Shown: positions 7,323 to 14,863, numbered from the stretch's first letter. The stretch: DNA of 17,047 nt from Candidatus Micrarchaeota archaeon (GCA_038046605.1 JBBSVW010000036.1:1-17047); one strand, 5' to 3'. Translations and numbers: made by a program. Notes: generated from the letters alone by a model not told the origin.

Positions 7323-8168
7323 TCAAATCTTCATCCCCGCCATGTGCAGTATCTGGAGATCCTCCATGGTGACCTTCTTTCCGGACTTGAAGTTCTCATA
7401 AATCAGTTTTGCCTTCTCCTCAAGCTCATCCATCTTTTCCTCTTCCTTCTTGCGCTTCTCCTTGCGGTCGTGGTACTCCTCGTATTCATGCTCTGCTTCC
7501 GCGCCTCCGCGGACCTCTTGCAATTTAGAATAAGTATCATCCGCATCCTTGCGCTTTTCGCCAATTGCCTCCAAATGTTCCGAAATTTTGCCCCTAACTT
7601 CATCAGCCTTCTTGTAATCCTTGAGCATTGTCTCGTGGTGCTTATCGCTTTCCTTTGCGGCGCTTTCCTGCGCCTCATCAAGGGCGCGGAATTCAGTGTT
7701 TAGCTCCTGCCTTCTTTTGCGAAGCTCGTAAACCCTTCTCCTTAAGGGCTGCGATTTCAATTGCTCGGACCTTTCCTTTAATAGCTTTTTGATTTCCTGC
7801 GAGAGCAAGTTTTCCTCCTTTACGGGCATGCTTTGCGTTTGCAGCCTCCATTCCATGCGTTCGATTAGTTGTTCAAGCCTTCCAAGGGGCATTCCGCCCT
7901 CGGTTTTGTATTTGGCGGATTCGGTTTCGGCAAGGCGCAAATCCTTATCCAATTTCTTTCCCTCATCAATTAGCGCCTTGCGCTTATCGGAAGCCTCCTT
8001 CACTTTGGAGTTAAGCTCATCGCGCTTCTTTTTCTCCTCATCCGCCTCATTCAGGAGCTCCCGTAGCCTAGTGATGTTCTTTTGGTTCTCCTCAGCAAGC
8101 TTCCTAACCTCCTGGTTCTTGAGCTTGGTTTCCTCCTTTAGTTCAGTTATCTGTTTTTCCTCTTCCAT
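7323..8168 (-). CDS. Archaeal coiled-coil protein (COG1340-like)
   Basis: Near-continuous heptad E/K pattern. Motifs KRDELNSKVKE, IERMEWRLQT, SDKHHETM...YKKADEVR and the C-terminal AKLIYENFKSGKKVTMEDLQIL match the COG1340 family. Confidence 0.8.
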   Translation of the reverse strand: MEEEKQITELKEETKLKNQEVRKLAEENQKNITRLRELLNEADEEKKKRDELNSKVKEASDKRKALIDEGKKLDKDLRLAETESAKYKTEGGMPLGRLEQLIERMEWRLQTQSMPVKEENLLSQEIKKLLKERSEQLKSQPLRRRVYELRKRRQELNTEFRALDEAQESAAKESDKHHETMLKDYKKADEVRGKISEHLEAIGEKRKDADDTYSKLQEVRGGAEAEHEYEEYHDRKEKRKKEEEKMDELEEKAKLIYENFKSGKKVTMEDLQILHMAGMKI

Positions 8169-8187
8169 TCAATTCCCTAAATTAGAA

Positions 8188-8610
8188 TCAGTCCGCAACA
8201 CCTGCTGGTGATTCGAGTTCTATCTCGGTTATGATTTCATCAAGCTCGGCGCGCTGCTTTTCCAACACCTTCTGGATGCGGCGTATGCGCGCTTGCGAAA
8301 GCGCCACTTCCCGGTATTTTCGGGAAGCCTTGTTGAAGTGATCCATCGAAAGGGAATTGTACGGCTCGAAATCCATTGTCTTGGAAATATCCTTTAGTAT
8401 TTCAGAAAGCAAGTAATTGGCTGAAAGCTTGACCTCCTTTTTCAATTGGTGGGGCTGCTTTAGGTTTTCGCGGATTATTGCAACAATCCTTGCGTTCGGG
8501 AAGGGCAATTTAGCCTCTTCGGCTTCATCGACTCCTTCCTCCCCCTGCTCTTCCGCGGCCGCCTCTGCAACAGGTTGCGCCCCTATTTGCTGCTCTTCTT
8601 CCAAAGTCAT
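8188..8610 (-). CDS. Histone-fold protein with acidic N-terminal tail and C-terminal coiled coil
   Basis: LPFPNARIVAIIRENL...LKKEVKLSANYLLSEILKDISK...SLSMDHFNKA follows the alpha1-L1-alpha2-L2-alpha3 histone-fold pattern. ATG 8610 has a GGTG site and a TATAAATA box about 35 bp upstream; the ORF track over-extends to 8679. Confidence 0.7.
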   Translation of the reverse strand: MTLEEEQQIGAQPVAEAAAEEQGEEGVDEAEEAKLPFPNARIVAIIRENLKQPHQLKKEVKLSANYLLSEILKDISKTMDFEPYNSLSMDHFNKASRKYREVALSQARIRRIQKVLEKQRAELDEIITEIELESPAGVAD

Positions 8611-8640
8611 ATTTACACCAATAGTAGTAAAAAAATAGCG

Positions 8641-8656
8641 GTATTTATATCGTTTG
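8641..8656 (-). promoter_or_regulatory. BRE-TATA promoter of the histone-fold gene
   Basis: Minus strand reads AAACGA-TATAAATA about 32-46 bp upstream of ATG 8610. Confidence 0.6.
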
Positions 8657-8668
8657 AAAGGTTTAAAA

Positions 8669-8787
8669 GACCAACCCAAGGGGGGCGATGCTCTAGAACC
8701 TTTTTGGTTCTAGGCATGCCCAGAAACTCCAGGTTTCTGGTGCACCCCCCTTAGTTTGGTCGGATGCTTTAAACCCCCCCGAGCATT
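8669..8787. repeat. Palindromic G6/C6 intergenic element, copy 1 (with a nested double-hairpin insert)
   Basis: GACCAACCCAAGGGGGGC (8669-8686) and CCCCCCTTAGTTTGGTCGGATGC (8745-8767) are identical to copy 2. The two 17-nt arms are 15/17 inverted repeats. Confidence 0.9.
8687..8743. mobile_element. 57-bp double-hairpin (REP/MITE-like) insert in the loop of copy 1
   Basis: ATGC-T-CTAGAACC[TTTTT]GGTTCTAG-GCAT followed by GC-CCAGAAAC[TCCAG]GTTTCTGG-T-GC. Absent from copy 2, whose loop is CACAT. Mobility is inferred. Confidence 0.55.
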
Positions 8788-8904
8788 TATTTACGAGGTA
8801 AATATGCAACAGAGGCTAAAAAAATAAGTCGCAATATTTATCGATCGCGACAATAAGATTTAAACGTATTATAGGGGCTCAAATCTTTTTTTCTTTTGGA
8901 ATTC

Positions 8905-10170
8905 TCAGCAAATTATCTCAAGCTCGCACGCCATCCTTCCCGCCTTCAAGCCATTGTAGATTTCAGTTTTCCTCTCGAAGTGAGCATCATTCATCAGCTC
9001 AAAAAAATTGCCCTTCATCATTGCGCCCTTGATTGCAGTTGTAATTTCCCCCTTTTCAATCAAATTCGCATTCATCAATGGGAATGAGAAATCGCCCGTA
9101 ACGTGGTTTGCGCCGGATGTGAGGAACGAATTGAGGTAAATCCCCTTGCCTATTTCCCCTATCAGATCGCCATAATTCCCCCCATCGATTGATATGTTCG
9201 TTGCGCCAATTGAGGGCTGGGATTGGTATGAGGCCCTAGAGCCATTCCCCGGGGTTTCATTTTTCATTTTCGCGCATGTTTGCATATCGAAGAGGAAATC
9301 AGAAACGATGCCTGATTTTACAATTGCACGCTTCTTTGAAATGAATCCTTCATCATCAAACTCGCGTGGGCGGCTGCCAAGCGCCATTCCCGGATCATCA
9401 ACTATGGAAATTGGTGTTTTTGAAAACACTTCGCCCCTCCCAATTTTTGTCAATTTTTTCCTAAGTGATTCGCCGCTGAAATTAAATGGCATGAATAGGT
9501 AGAGAAGTTGCTGGAAGGCGCGGATATCAAAAACCACACTGCGCTTGCCGCCGCCTGTTTTTTTTGCGCCGGCACTATCCTTAGCAAATTTTGCAGCGTT
9601 TGCGGCAGCGGCCATGGGCTCGAAATTGAATTTTGCGCAGTTGATGGAATCATCCGCTTCGGTTTCCTTGTAGCCGCATTGCGATATCGCAAAAAAATTC
9701 GAGCTTTTGCCTTCCGTGCTCCCGCCCTCCGTGTTGATGATGCTCTTTTTTGTGATTGATGCCCCAACAATGTTCTGAACAGGCGTAACTTTCATGCCAA
9801 GCTGCAAATCGACCATCGCCTGCAATTTGGGCATTGCGTTTTCCCCGAAATTAAGCGCTTTTGCATCGAAATGTTTTTTTGAAACCCCTCTTGTTCCCGG
9901 GAAAAAATAATCCGCCTTCTCCTGTAGCTTTCCAAGCTTTAAGGATGTTGAAATTGCCTTTTCAAGCTCGCTTTTCAATTCGAAGGAATAAAACCCCATC
10001 CTGCCGTCCTTGATCGTCCTGACTGCAAAGCCCTCCTGGGAAACCTGGTCCTTTGAGTGGATTTTTTCCCTCTCCGCGCTTAGGGTGGTTGTGCTTTCCC
10101 CTTCAAAGTATAGCTCGATTGCGCACCCGTATTTCCTCCCCAGGAAGGGGATTTTTGAATCAAGGGCCAT
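8905..10170 (-). CDS. pmbA: TldD/PmbA family protein, PmbA/TldE (non-catalytic) type
   Basis: GFAVRTIKDGRMGF, IVDDP...FDDEG.....AIVKSGIV..FL, GNGSRASY...P...TN and GANHVTGDFS motifs. No HExxxH metal motif at the TldD position (AFQQLLYLF instead). Confidence 0.9.
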   Translation of the reverse strand: MALDSKIPFLGRKYGCAIELYFEGESTTTLSAEREKIHSKDQVSQEGFAVRTIKDGRMGFYSFELKSELEKAISTSLKLGKLQEKADYFFPGTRGVSKKHFDAKALNFGENAMPKLQAMVDLQLGMKVTPVQNIVGASITKKSIINTEGGSTEGKSSNFFAISQCGYKETEADDSINCAKFNFEPMAAAANAAKFAKDSAGAKKTGGGKRSVVFDIRAFQQLLYLFMPFNFSGESLRKKLTKIGRGEVFSKTPISIVDDPGMALGSRPREFDDEGFISKKRAIVKSGIVSDFLFDMQTCAKMKNETPGNGSRASYQSQPSIGATNISIDGGNYGDLIGEIGKGIYLNSFLTSGANHVTGDFSFPLMNANLIEKGEITTAIKGAMMKGNFFELMNDAHFERKTEIYNGLKAGRMACELEIIC

Positions 10171-10232
10171 AATCCAACAACACCATATTTAAACAAGAAA
10201 GCGTTCTTTCTTACTGCTTTTAATTTAATAAT

Positions 10233-10295
10233 GACCAACCCAAGGGGGGCACATCCCCCCTTAGTTTGGTCGGATGCCCAAACCCCCCTTGGTGC
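10233..10295. repeat. Palindromic G6/C6 intergenic element, copy 2
   Basis: GACCAACCCAAGGGGGG-CACAT-CCCCCCTTAGTTTGGTC followed by GGATGCCCAAACCCCCCTTGGTGC; same orientation as copy 1. Confidence 0.9.
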
Positions 10296-10427
10296 GGAAT
10301 AAGGTTGCATTCGGGCTACAGAAGAATTGATTTGGGGTTGAAACGGGGAATATGTAAACATGTTGATGGAGATTTGATGCTTTTGGGTGTTCGAACGCTC
10401 AAACTTGCGTTTTTTTGGTGCCAAATC

Positions 10428-11177
10428 ATGAGTTTTCTTGAGGCAAAGAACCTGACAAAAATTTACGAGGAGGATGGCAAGCCCTTCACGACGCTTGATA
10501 ACATCTCGTTTTCCGTTGAAAAGGAGGAGTTCGTTGTAATTGTTGGCCCTTCCGGCTGCGGGAAAAGCGTACTTTTGCACCTTCTGACCGGTATAGAGCA
10601 GCCAACAGCTGGCGTTGTCACATTTGAGGAAAAGCCAGTTGAAGTGAGCAATCCGCGGGTTGCATCCGTTTTCCAATCCTTTGCGCTCTTCCCCTGGCTT
10701 ACTGTGGAGCAGAATGTGGAGCTTGGGCTAGAAGCGCTAAAAATCCCCCGGGAAAAAAGGATCGAAATAGCGCAAAAATACATTCGTGTTGTGGGTCTTG
10801 AAGGCTCAGAAAACGCCTATCCCCGCGAGCTTTCGGGAGGCATGAAGCAAAGGGTGGGGCTTGCACGCGCCCTTGCTGTCGAACCATCGCTTCTTTGCAT
10901 GGATGAGCCCTTTTCCTCGCTCGATACGCTGACAGCAACGACCTTGAGGGAAGAAGTGCTCCAATTATGGCAGGACAAGACCCTTCCGCCGGATTCGATC
11001 ATCATGGTTACGCACAACATCGAGGAAGCCGTGTACTTGGCGGACCGAATATTGGTGCTCACTAAAGCGCCCGGAAGGGTTATGGCGCAGCTTAAAATTT
11101 CCCTTCCAAGGCCGCGCAACAAAAAAAGCGAGGAATTCCTGAATAATGTGGATAAGTTGTATTCCCTTTTGACGTGA
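10428..11177 (+). CDS. ABC transporter ATP-binding protein, NitT/TauT (nitrate/sulfonate) family
   Basis: Walker A GPSGCGKS, VFQSFALFPWLTV, signature LSGGMKQR, Walker B LCMDEPFSSLD and H-loop VTHNIEEA. Likely start is MSFLEAKNL at 10428; the track's extension to 10266 runs through the repeat. Confidence 0.95.
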   Translation: MSFLEAKNLTKIYEEDGKPFTTLDNISFSVEKEEFVVIVGPSGCGKSVLLHLLTGIEQPTAGVVTFEEKPVEVSNPRVASVFQSFALFPWLTVEQNVELGLEALKIPREKRIEIAQKYIRVVGLEGSENAYPRELSGGMKQRVGLARALAVEPSLLCMDEPFSSLDTLTATTLREEVLQLWQDKTLPPDSIIMVTHNIEEAVYLADRILVLTKAPGRVMAQLKISLPRPRNKKSEEFLNNVDKLYSLLT

Positions 11178-11271
11178 TTTTATGACTAAAAAGGCTTACC
11201 GAAGTTGTCGTGAGGAGGTAGAGGCGGCCGTGAAGCAATAAGTGGTGCAAATTTGAAGAAGAGCTGAGCAT

Positions 11272-11712
11272 ATGAACGAGGATAAAATGGTTGCAATAGC
11301 CGAAAAAGCAAAAGAAGAGTTCTTGAAGAAACTAAGCGGGTTCGCTTTAATTGAACCAGTAAAGATTGAAATCAGTAGAGAAAAGACGTCCGGCAGACCC
11401 GCATCTAGCGGACCTTGCGACAACTATAGCGTTTATGGGGTTTTTCTGAATCCTGACGAAACTAATAAGAAGGCACAAGCGCTGGGCTTAACCCAGTACG
11501 AGGAACAGCACATCAGATACCTTTGTTGTCATGAAATAGCGCATCAGTTCACATGGAAATTTCAAAAACAGTTGGAAGAGCTGCATGGAAAAACACAATA
11601 CTTCGAACTGTTGGCCGACCTAATAGCAGATGAAATTGTTACAAAGGCATTTCCTCAATACAAAGAGATAGCAGAAAAATATTATGATGGTCAATTTAGT
11701 TTTCGAGAATGA
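11272..11712 (+). CDS. Small zincin-like metallopeptidase-domain protein (ImmA/IrrE-like HExxH)
   Basis: RYLCCHEIAH followed about 20 aa later by E-x-x-A-D-x-x-A (FELLADLIA), the spacing seen in ImmA/IrrE (Peptidase_M78-like) domains. Confidence 0.6.
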   Translation: MNEDKMVAIAEKAKEEFLKKLSGFALIEPVKIEISREKTSGRPASSGPCDNYSVYGVFLNPDETNKKAQALGLTQYEEQHIRYLCCHEIAHQFTWKFQKQLEELHGKTQYFELLADLIADEIVTKAFPQYKEIAEKYYDGQFSFRE

Positions 11713-11771
11713 AAAAATCTCTGCGAAATGGTGTTCAAGTTGTTGTGGATGCAGCACGCGAGGCGATATAT

Positions 11772-12014
11772 ATGAGTGGAAAAAAAGATGAAGAATTTGA
11801 CTATGGCGAGGGGCTCAATTCAATTATGGGGGGTTTGGGCTACCTTTTTGTCCTTCTTGGTCTCTTCGCCTTAATAGCCGGCATTTGGAAACATCTATCT
11901 GGGGAATTTTCACTTTACTATTTTGGATTCGGCTTTGGTCTTTTACTCGTCGGCGCTTCTTTAACAACTGCTGGCGCGGTTTCGAGAATAGAGCGAAAAT
12001 ATGTTGGTGATTAG
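11772..12014 (+). CDS. Small two-TM membrane protein
   Basis: Two hydrophobic stretches (GLGYLFVLLGLFALIAGIW; YYFGFGFGLLLVGASLTTAGAV). GAGG site before ATG 11772; ATG 11709 is an alternative start. Confidence 0.65.
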   Translation: MSGKKDEEFDYGEGLNSIMGGLGYLFVLLGLFALIAGIWKHLSGEFSLYYFGFGFGLLLVGASLTTAGAVSRIERKYVGD

Positions 12015-12026
12015 GGGCGAGATAAA

Positions 12027-12299
12027 ATGGCAGCAGAGGTTTTGCAAAGGCAGCAGGAGAGAGGAGAGGGAGAGCGTGCGATCCGCACAATGTTTCGGTT
12101 TGCAAAGAATTCGGACATGCCCAGAATCAAGTTCTTGAGCAGGGGAGCACTTCCCTCGACGTGGATTGACGTATCCTTTAAGAACATGAGAAACCTTTTA
12201 AAGCGCCCTTTGCATAAAGAAGGCAATCGGGGGCAAACAGGTAATTTTCGTTTAGCTCTACGCATGTTCATAGTTGAATCGTATGATGATCCTTCCTGA
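12027..12299 (+). CDS. Possible small hypothetical protein
   Basis: ATG 12 bp after the previous stop, with a purine-rich site in front; fills the gap. No motif, contains a promoter-like AAACC-TTTTAAA at about 12191-12202, and overlaps the next gene. Confidence 0.3.
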   Translation: MAAEVLQRQQERGEGERAIRTMFRFAKNSDMPRIKFLSRGALPSTWIDVSFKNMRNLLKRPLHKEGNRGQTGNFRLALRMFIVESYDDPS

Positions 12300-12768
12300 C
12301 GCCGGGCTTTCGAGGGTAATTGGCCTACTGGAAGTTGTCCACGACCATGGAAACAGCCATGAGACGGTAAAGCTTGCAGATGAGCTTGGACTTAACCTGG
12401 AAACGCTCCTTCCAGTCATTGAAGCGGGGGAAATGCTGGGTTTTATTGATGTTGCCGGAGGCAAGATTAAGCTCACTGATTCTGGCACTGGGATTGTCAA
12501 TGGCAAGATATTGGAGCGGAAAGTGGCAATCAAGGAAAAGCTTGCCAGCATGGAGCCCTTCAAGCGCGTCATGGAACTTCTAAAATCCAAGAAAAATGGC
12601 AGGATGACAAAGAAATCGCTCCAAAAGGTCCTTAGGCAAGAGCTTCCAAAAGAGCAGGCGGACAAAACGGCTTCCCGAATAATCGAATGGGGAAGGCATG
12701 CTGATCTTCTTGGCTACAACGCCGATTCCGACGAATTATATCTGCAGGTAGAGCCAAAGAAAAGCTGA
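12283..12768 (+). CDS. Stand-alone AAA-associated C-terminal domain protein (NitT/TauT ATPase-associated winged helix)
   Basis: LPDA..SRVIGLLEVV, LADEL.L.LETLLPVIEAGEMLGF, GKIKLTD.G and IIEWGRHADLLGYN match the AAA_assoc_C-type domain often fused to NitT/TauT ATPases. Confidence 0.8.
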   Translation: MMILPDAGLSRVIGLLEVVHDHGNSHETVKLADELGLNLETLLPVIEAGEMLGFIDVAGGKIKLTDSGTGIVNGKILERKVAIKEKLASMEPFKRVMELLKSKKNGRMTKKSLQKVLRQELPKEQADKTASRIIEWGRHADLLGYNADSDELYLQVEPKKS

Positions 12769-12901
12769 GTTAGGCCGCAACTGGTTGGATTAATGGCGCA
12801 CCAAGTATTTCCAAGGCCCTAAAAAGGCTTAAATTACCCTCCTTCTTGATAATTCCGAATTCAAATTTTTCAGCATGCAAATGCTTAATTGGGTGGTGCA
12901 G

Positions 12902-13366
12902 ATGGAAAGATCGCTAATATTGCTAAAGCCAGACTGCGTTAAACGGGGCCTGGTGGGGGAGGTATGTGAAAGGTTTGAAAAAAAAGGGCTAAAAATTGTC
13001 GGCATGAAGATGATGCAGCTGGATGATAAAATTCTTGAGGGGCATTACTCCCATCTAAAGGACAAGCCTTTTTTCAAGGGCATCAAGTCCTTCATGAAAT
13101 CAACTCCTGTTGTTGCAATTGCCCTGGAAGGGCCCGAATGCGTCGAAGTGGTCCGGGTAATGTGCGGGCCAACAAATGCCAGGAAGGCACCATCCGGAAC
13201 CATCCGGGGAGATCTGGCAGTATCCGTCCAAAGCAACATAGTGCACGCATCGGATAGCATTCAGAGCGCAAAAAAGGAGGTGGCGCGCTTTTTTAAAAAT
13301 TCGGAATTATTCGAATATTCGGGGTTGGAGGGAACCATTTATTCATCGGACGAGCATATGGTTTGA
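12902..13366 (+). CDS. ndk: Nucleoside diphosphate kinase
   Basis: MERSLILLKPDCVKRGLVGE, GPTN...A..GTIRGD and NIVHASDS (phospho-His); GGTGG site before ATG 12902. Confidence 0.98.
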   Translation: MERSLILLKPDCVKRGLVGEVCERFEKKGLKIVGMKMMQLDDKILEGHYSHLKDKPFFKGIKSFMKSTPVVAIALEGPECVEVVRVMCGPTNARKAPSGTIRGDLAVSVQSNIVHASDSIQSAKKEVARFFKNSELFEYSGLEGTIYSSDEHMV

Positions 13367-13409
13367 TGTTTGTGAGGGCAGAAGGATTGGAGTTTGGCTA
13401 ATTTAGGGC

Positions 13410-14861
13410 ATGATTATGATCGATGATGTTTTGCTTGCAAAAGTTTGGGATCTCCAGCTGAAAAACGCGCTGGATAGCCCCCACCATAACCTGCGAAGGC
13501 AGCGCATCTTTTGCGCATTCAATGCGATTACCGATGCCGTCGTTAATTTTTCGGAAAAGGAATTCAAAAAGCAGCTGCTTAGGTGCGATCTTTTGGGAAT
13601 TGCCAATCATATCCGGGACGCAAAGCCCGTATCCGTTGAAACAAGGGAGGATTTCTTTTCAGTTTTCCTGCAGGCGTTCTCAAGGGGCAAGGCAATGGAA
13701 ATCCCCTCCTACAATCCGGCGCTTTTCCAATGGTTCAAGGCAAGCTTTAAAGAAAAGATGCGCATGGGAGGCCAGGCGGGGATAATTTCAAACCAGCTCG
13801 CAGCGCTCGATGTGGGCAATGTATGCTATTCGCCAATCCTTTCAAAGGAGCAATCCGCCCATTTCAATCCGCATCGTGTTTCCTTCCCCGTTCTTATGCA
13901 TGGCCGCCTTGCCTACCAAAAGCCCGTTGCCGCATTCAAGGAGGGCGATCCAACAAAGGTCAACTGGATTTTCGAATTCAGGAAGGGGGATACGCTAAGG
14001 TTTGGAAAGCGCGAAATTATTGCCCCCCGTGCCAACCGTTTGATTGTTGCCTCGAGGCCAAATAAATACCTGCCAATGTTTCCGGATGAATTCGAATCCC
14101 ACCTAGGCCAGATTGCGCATTCATTTGATGTGTTTTTCCTTGCGGGTTTCCAGTCATTCCAAAAACGGATGGGCGGGATGCATTTTAGGCATTGCCTGCG
14201 AAGGCTTAATTGGCAATTAGCGCAGCTTAAGGCAAGCCGTCATGGAAAGTTCCATCTGGAATACGTCGCAATCCATGATGCGGAGTTGGATAAGGCAATT
14301 TACCCAACCATCCTTCATAATTTCGACAGCCTTGGGATAAACGAGGTTGAAACCGTGCATTTCCTTAGGAGGATTGGGGATTATCCGCATGCGCATGAAC
14401 TTGAAAGGAGCGAAACGCCAATCAATTTCTACAAGGGACTTAGGCATATTTTCCATAGGTTCAAGCTAAAGCGGCTGCATGCCCACACCCTTGGCTATTT
14501 CCTATTATTGCTCCGGAAGGATTATGTCAAAAGGCATTCGCCGCAGGAGTTTGTCAATTCCCTCCTGTTTGCCTCTCGTGTTGCGGATGCCCGTGCTTAT
14601 TTTGGCAGGCCGCCAGCGCTTGCGGACCTGAAGAAGCTAACCCGCCTAAAAATATCCAAGGAGGGCCTTATTGCAATCAAGGGCTTTGCCCACGGAATGT
14701 TTGGCGCATCCGATAGGGCAAGGAATTTCACGCTGACCGGAATAATGGATGCGGGCGACCATTACCTGATCATGGTTCCAACGGCAATAGTGACGCCGAA
14801 GGCCACGGTTGGGCTTGGGGATACGATTTCTTCGGTGGCATTTGCAAGCGAACCGTTCTGA
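13410..14861 (+). CDS. ADP-dependent glucokinase/phosphofructokinase family (ribokinase fold)
   Basis: AFNAITDA (NxNxD-like), RMGGQAGIISN, VNWIFEF, NRLIVASRP, SLGINEVE, HAHTLGY and TVGLGDTISS motifs. Start may be 13410 or 13416. Confidence 0.93.
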   Translation: MIMIDDVLLAKVWDLQLKNALDSPHHNLRRQRIFCAFNAITDAVVNFSEKEFKKQLLRCDLLGIANHIRDAKPVSVETREDFFSVFLQAFSRGKAMEIPSYNPALFQWFKASFKEKMRMGGQAGIISNQLAALDVGNVCYSPILSKEQSAHFNPHRVSFPVLMHGRLAYQKPVAAFKEGDPTKVNWIFEFRKGDTLRFGKREIIAPRANRLIVASRPNKYLPMFPDEFESHLGQIAHSFDVFFLAGFQSFQKRMGGMHFRHCLRRLNWQLAQLKASRHGKFHLEYVAIHDAELDKAIYPTILHNFDSLGINEVETVHFLRRIGDYPHAHELERSETPINFYKGLRHIFHRFKLKRLHAHTLGYFLLLLRKDYVKRHSPQEFVNSLLFASRVADARAYFGRPPALADLKKLTRLKISKEGLIAIKGFAHGMFGASDRARNFTLTGIMDAGDHYLIMVPTAIVTPKATVGLGDTISSVAFASEPF

Positions 14862-14863
14862 TT

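Noticed and set aside
8669-10295. CRISPR array or complete IS element
   Set aside because: Only two copies 1.5 kb apart with no spacer periodicity, no cas gene and no transposase; the enclosed gene is pmbA.
10080-10676. 198-aa minus-strand ORF, and the 54-aa N-terminal extension of the ABC ATPase from 10266
   Set aside because: Both run through the repeat element; the minus ORF also overlaps pmbA and the ATPase. The ATPase domain starts naturally at 10428.
11182-11241. 19-codon ORF (MTKKAYRSCREEVEAAVKQ) or degraded hicA 5' remnant (LPKLS in another frame)
   Set aside because: Too short; the HicA resemblance needs two frameshifts and could be chance.
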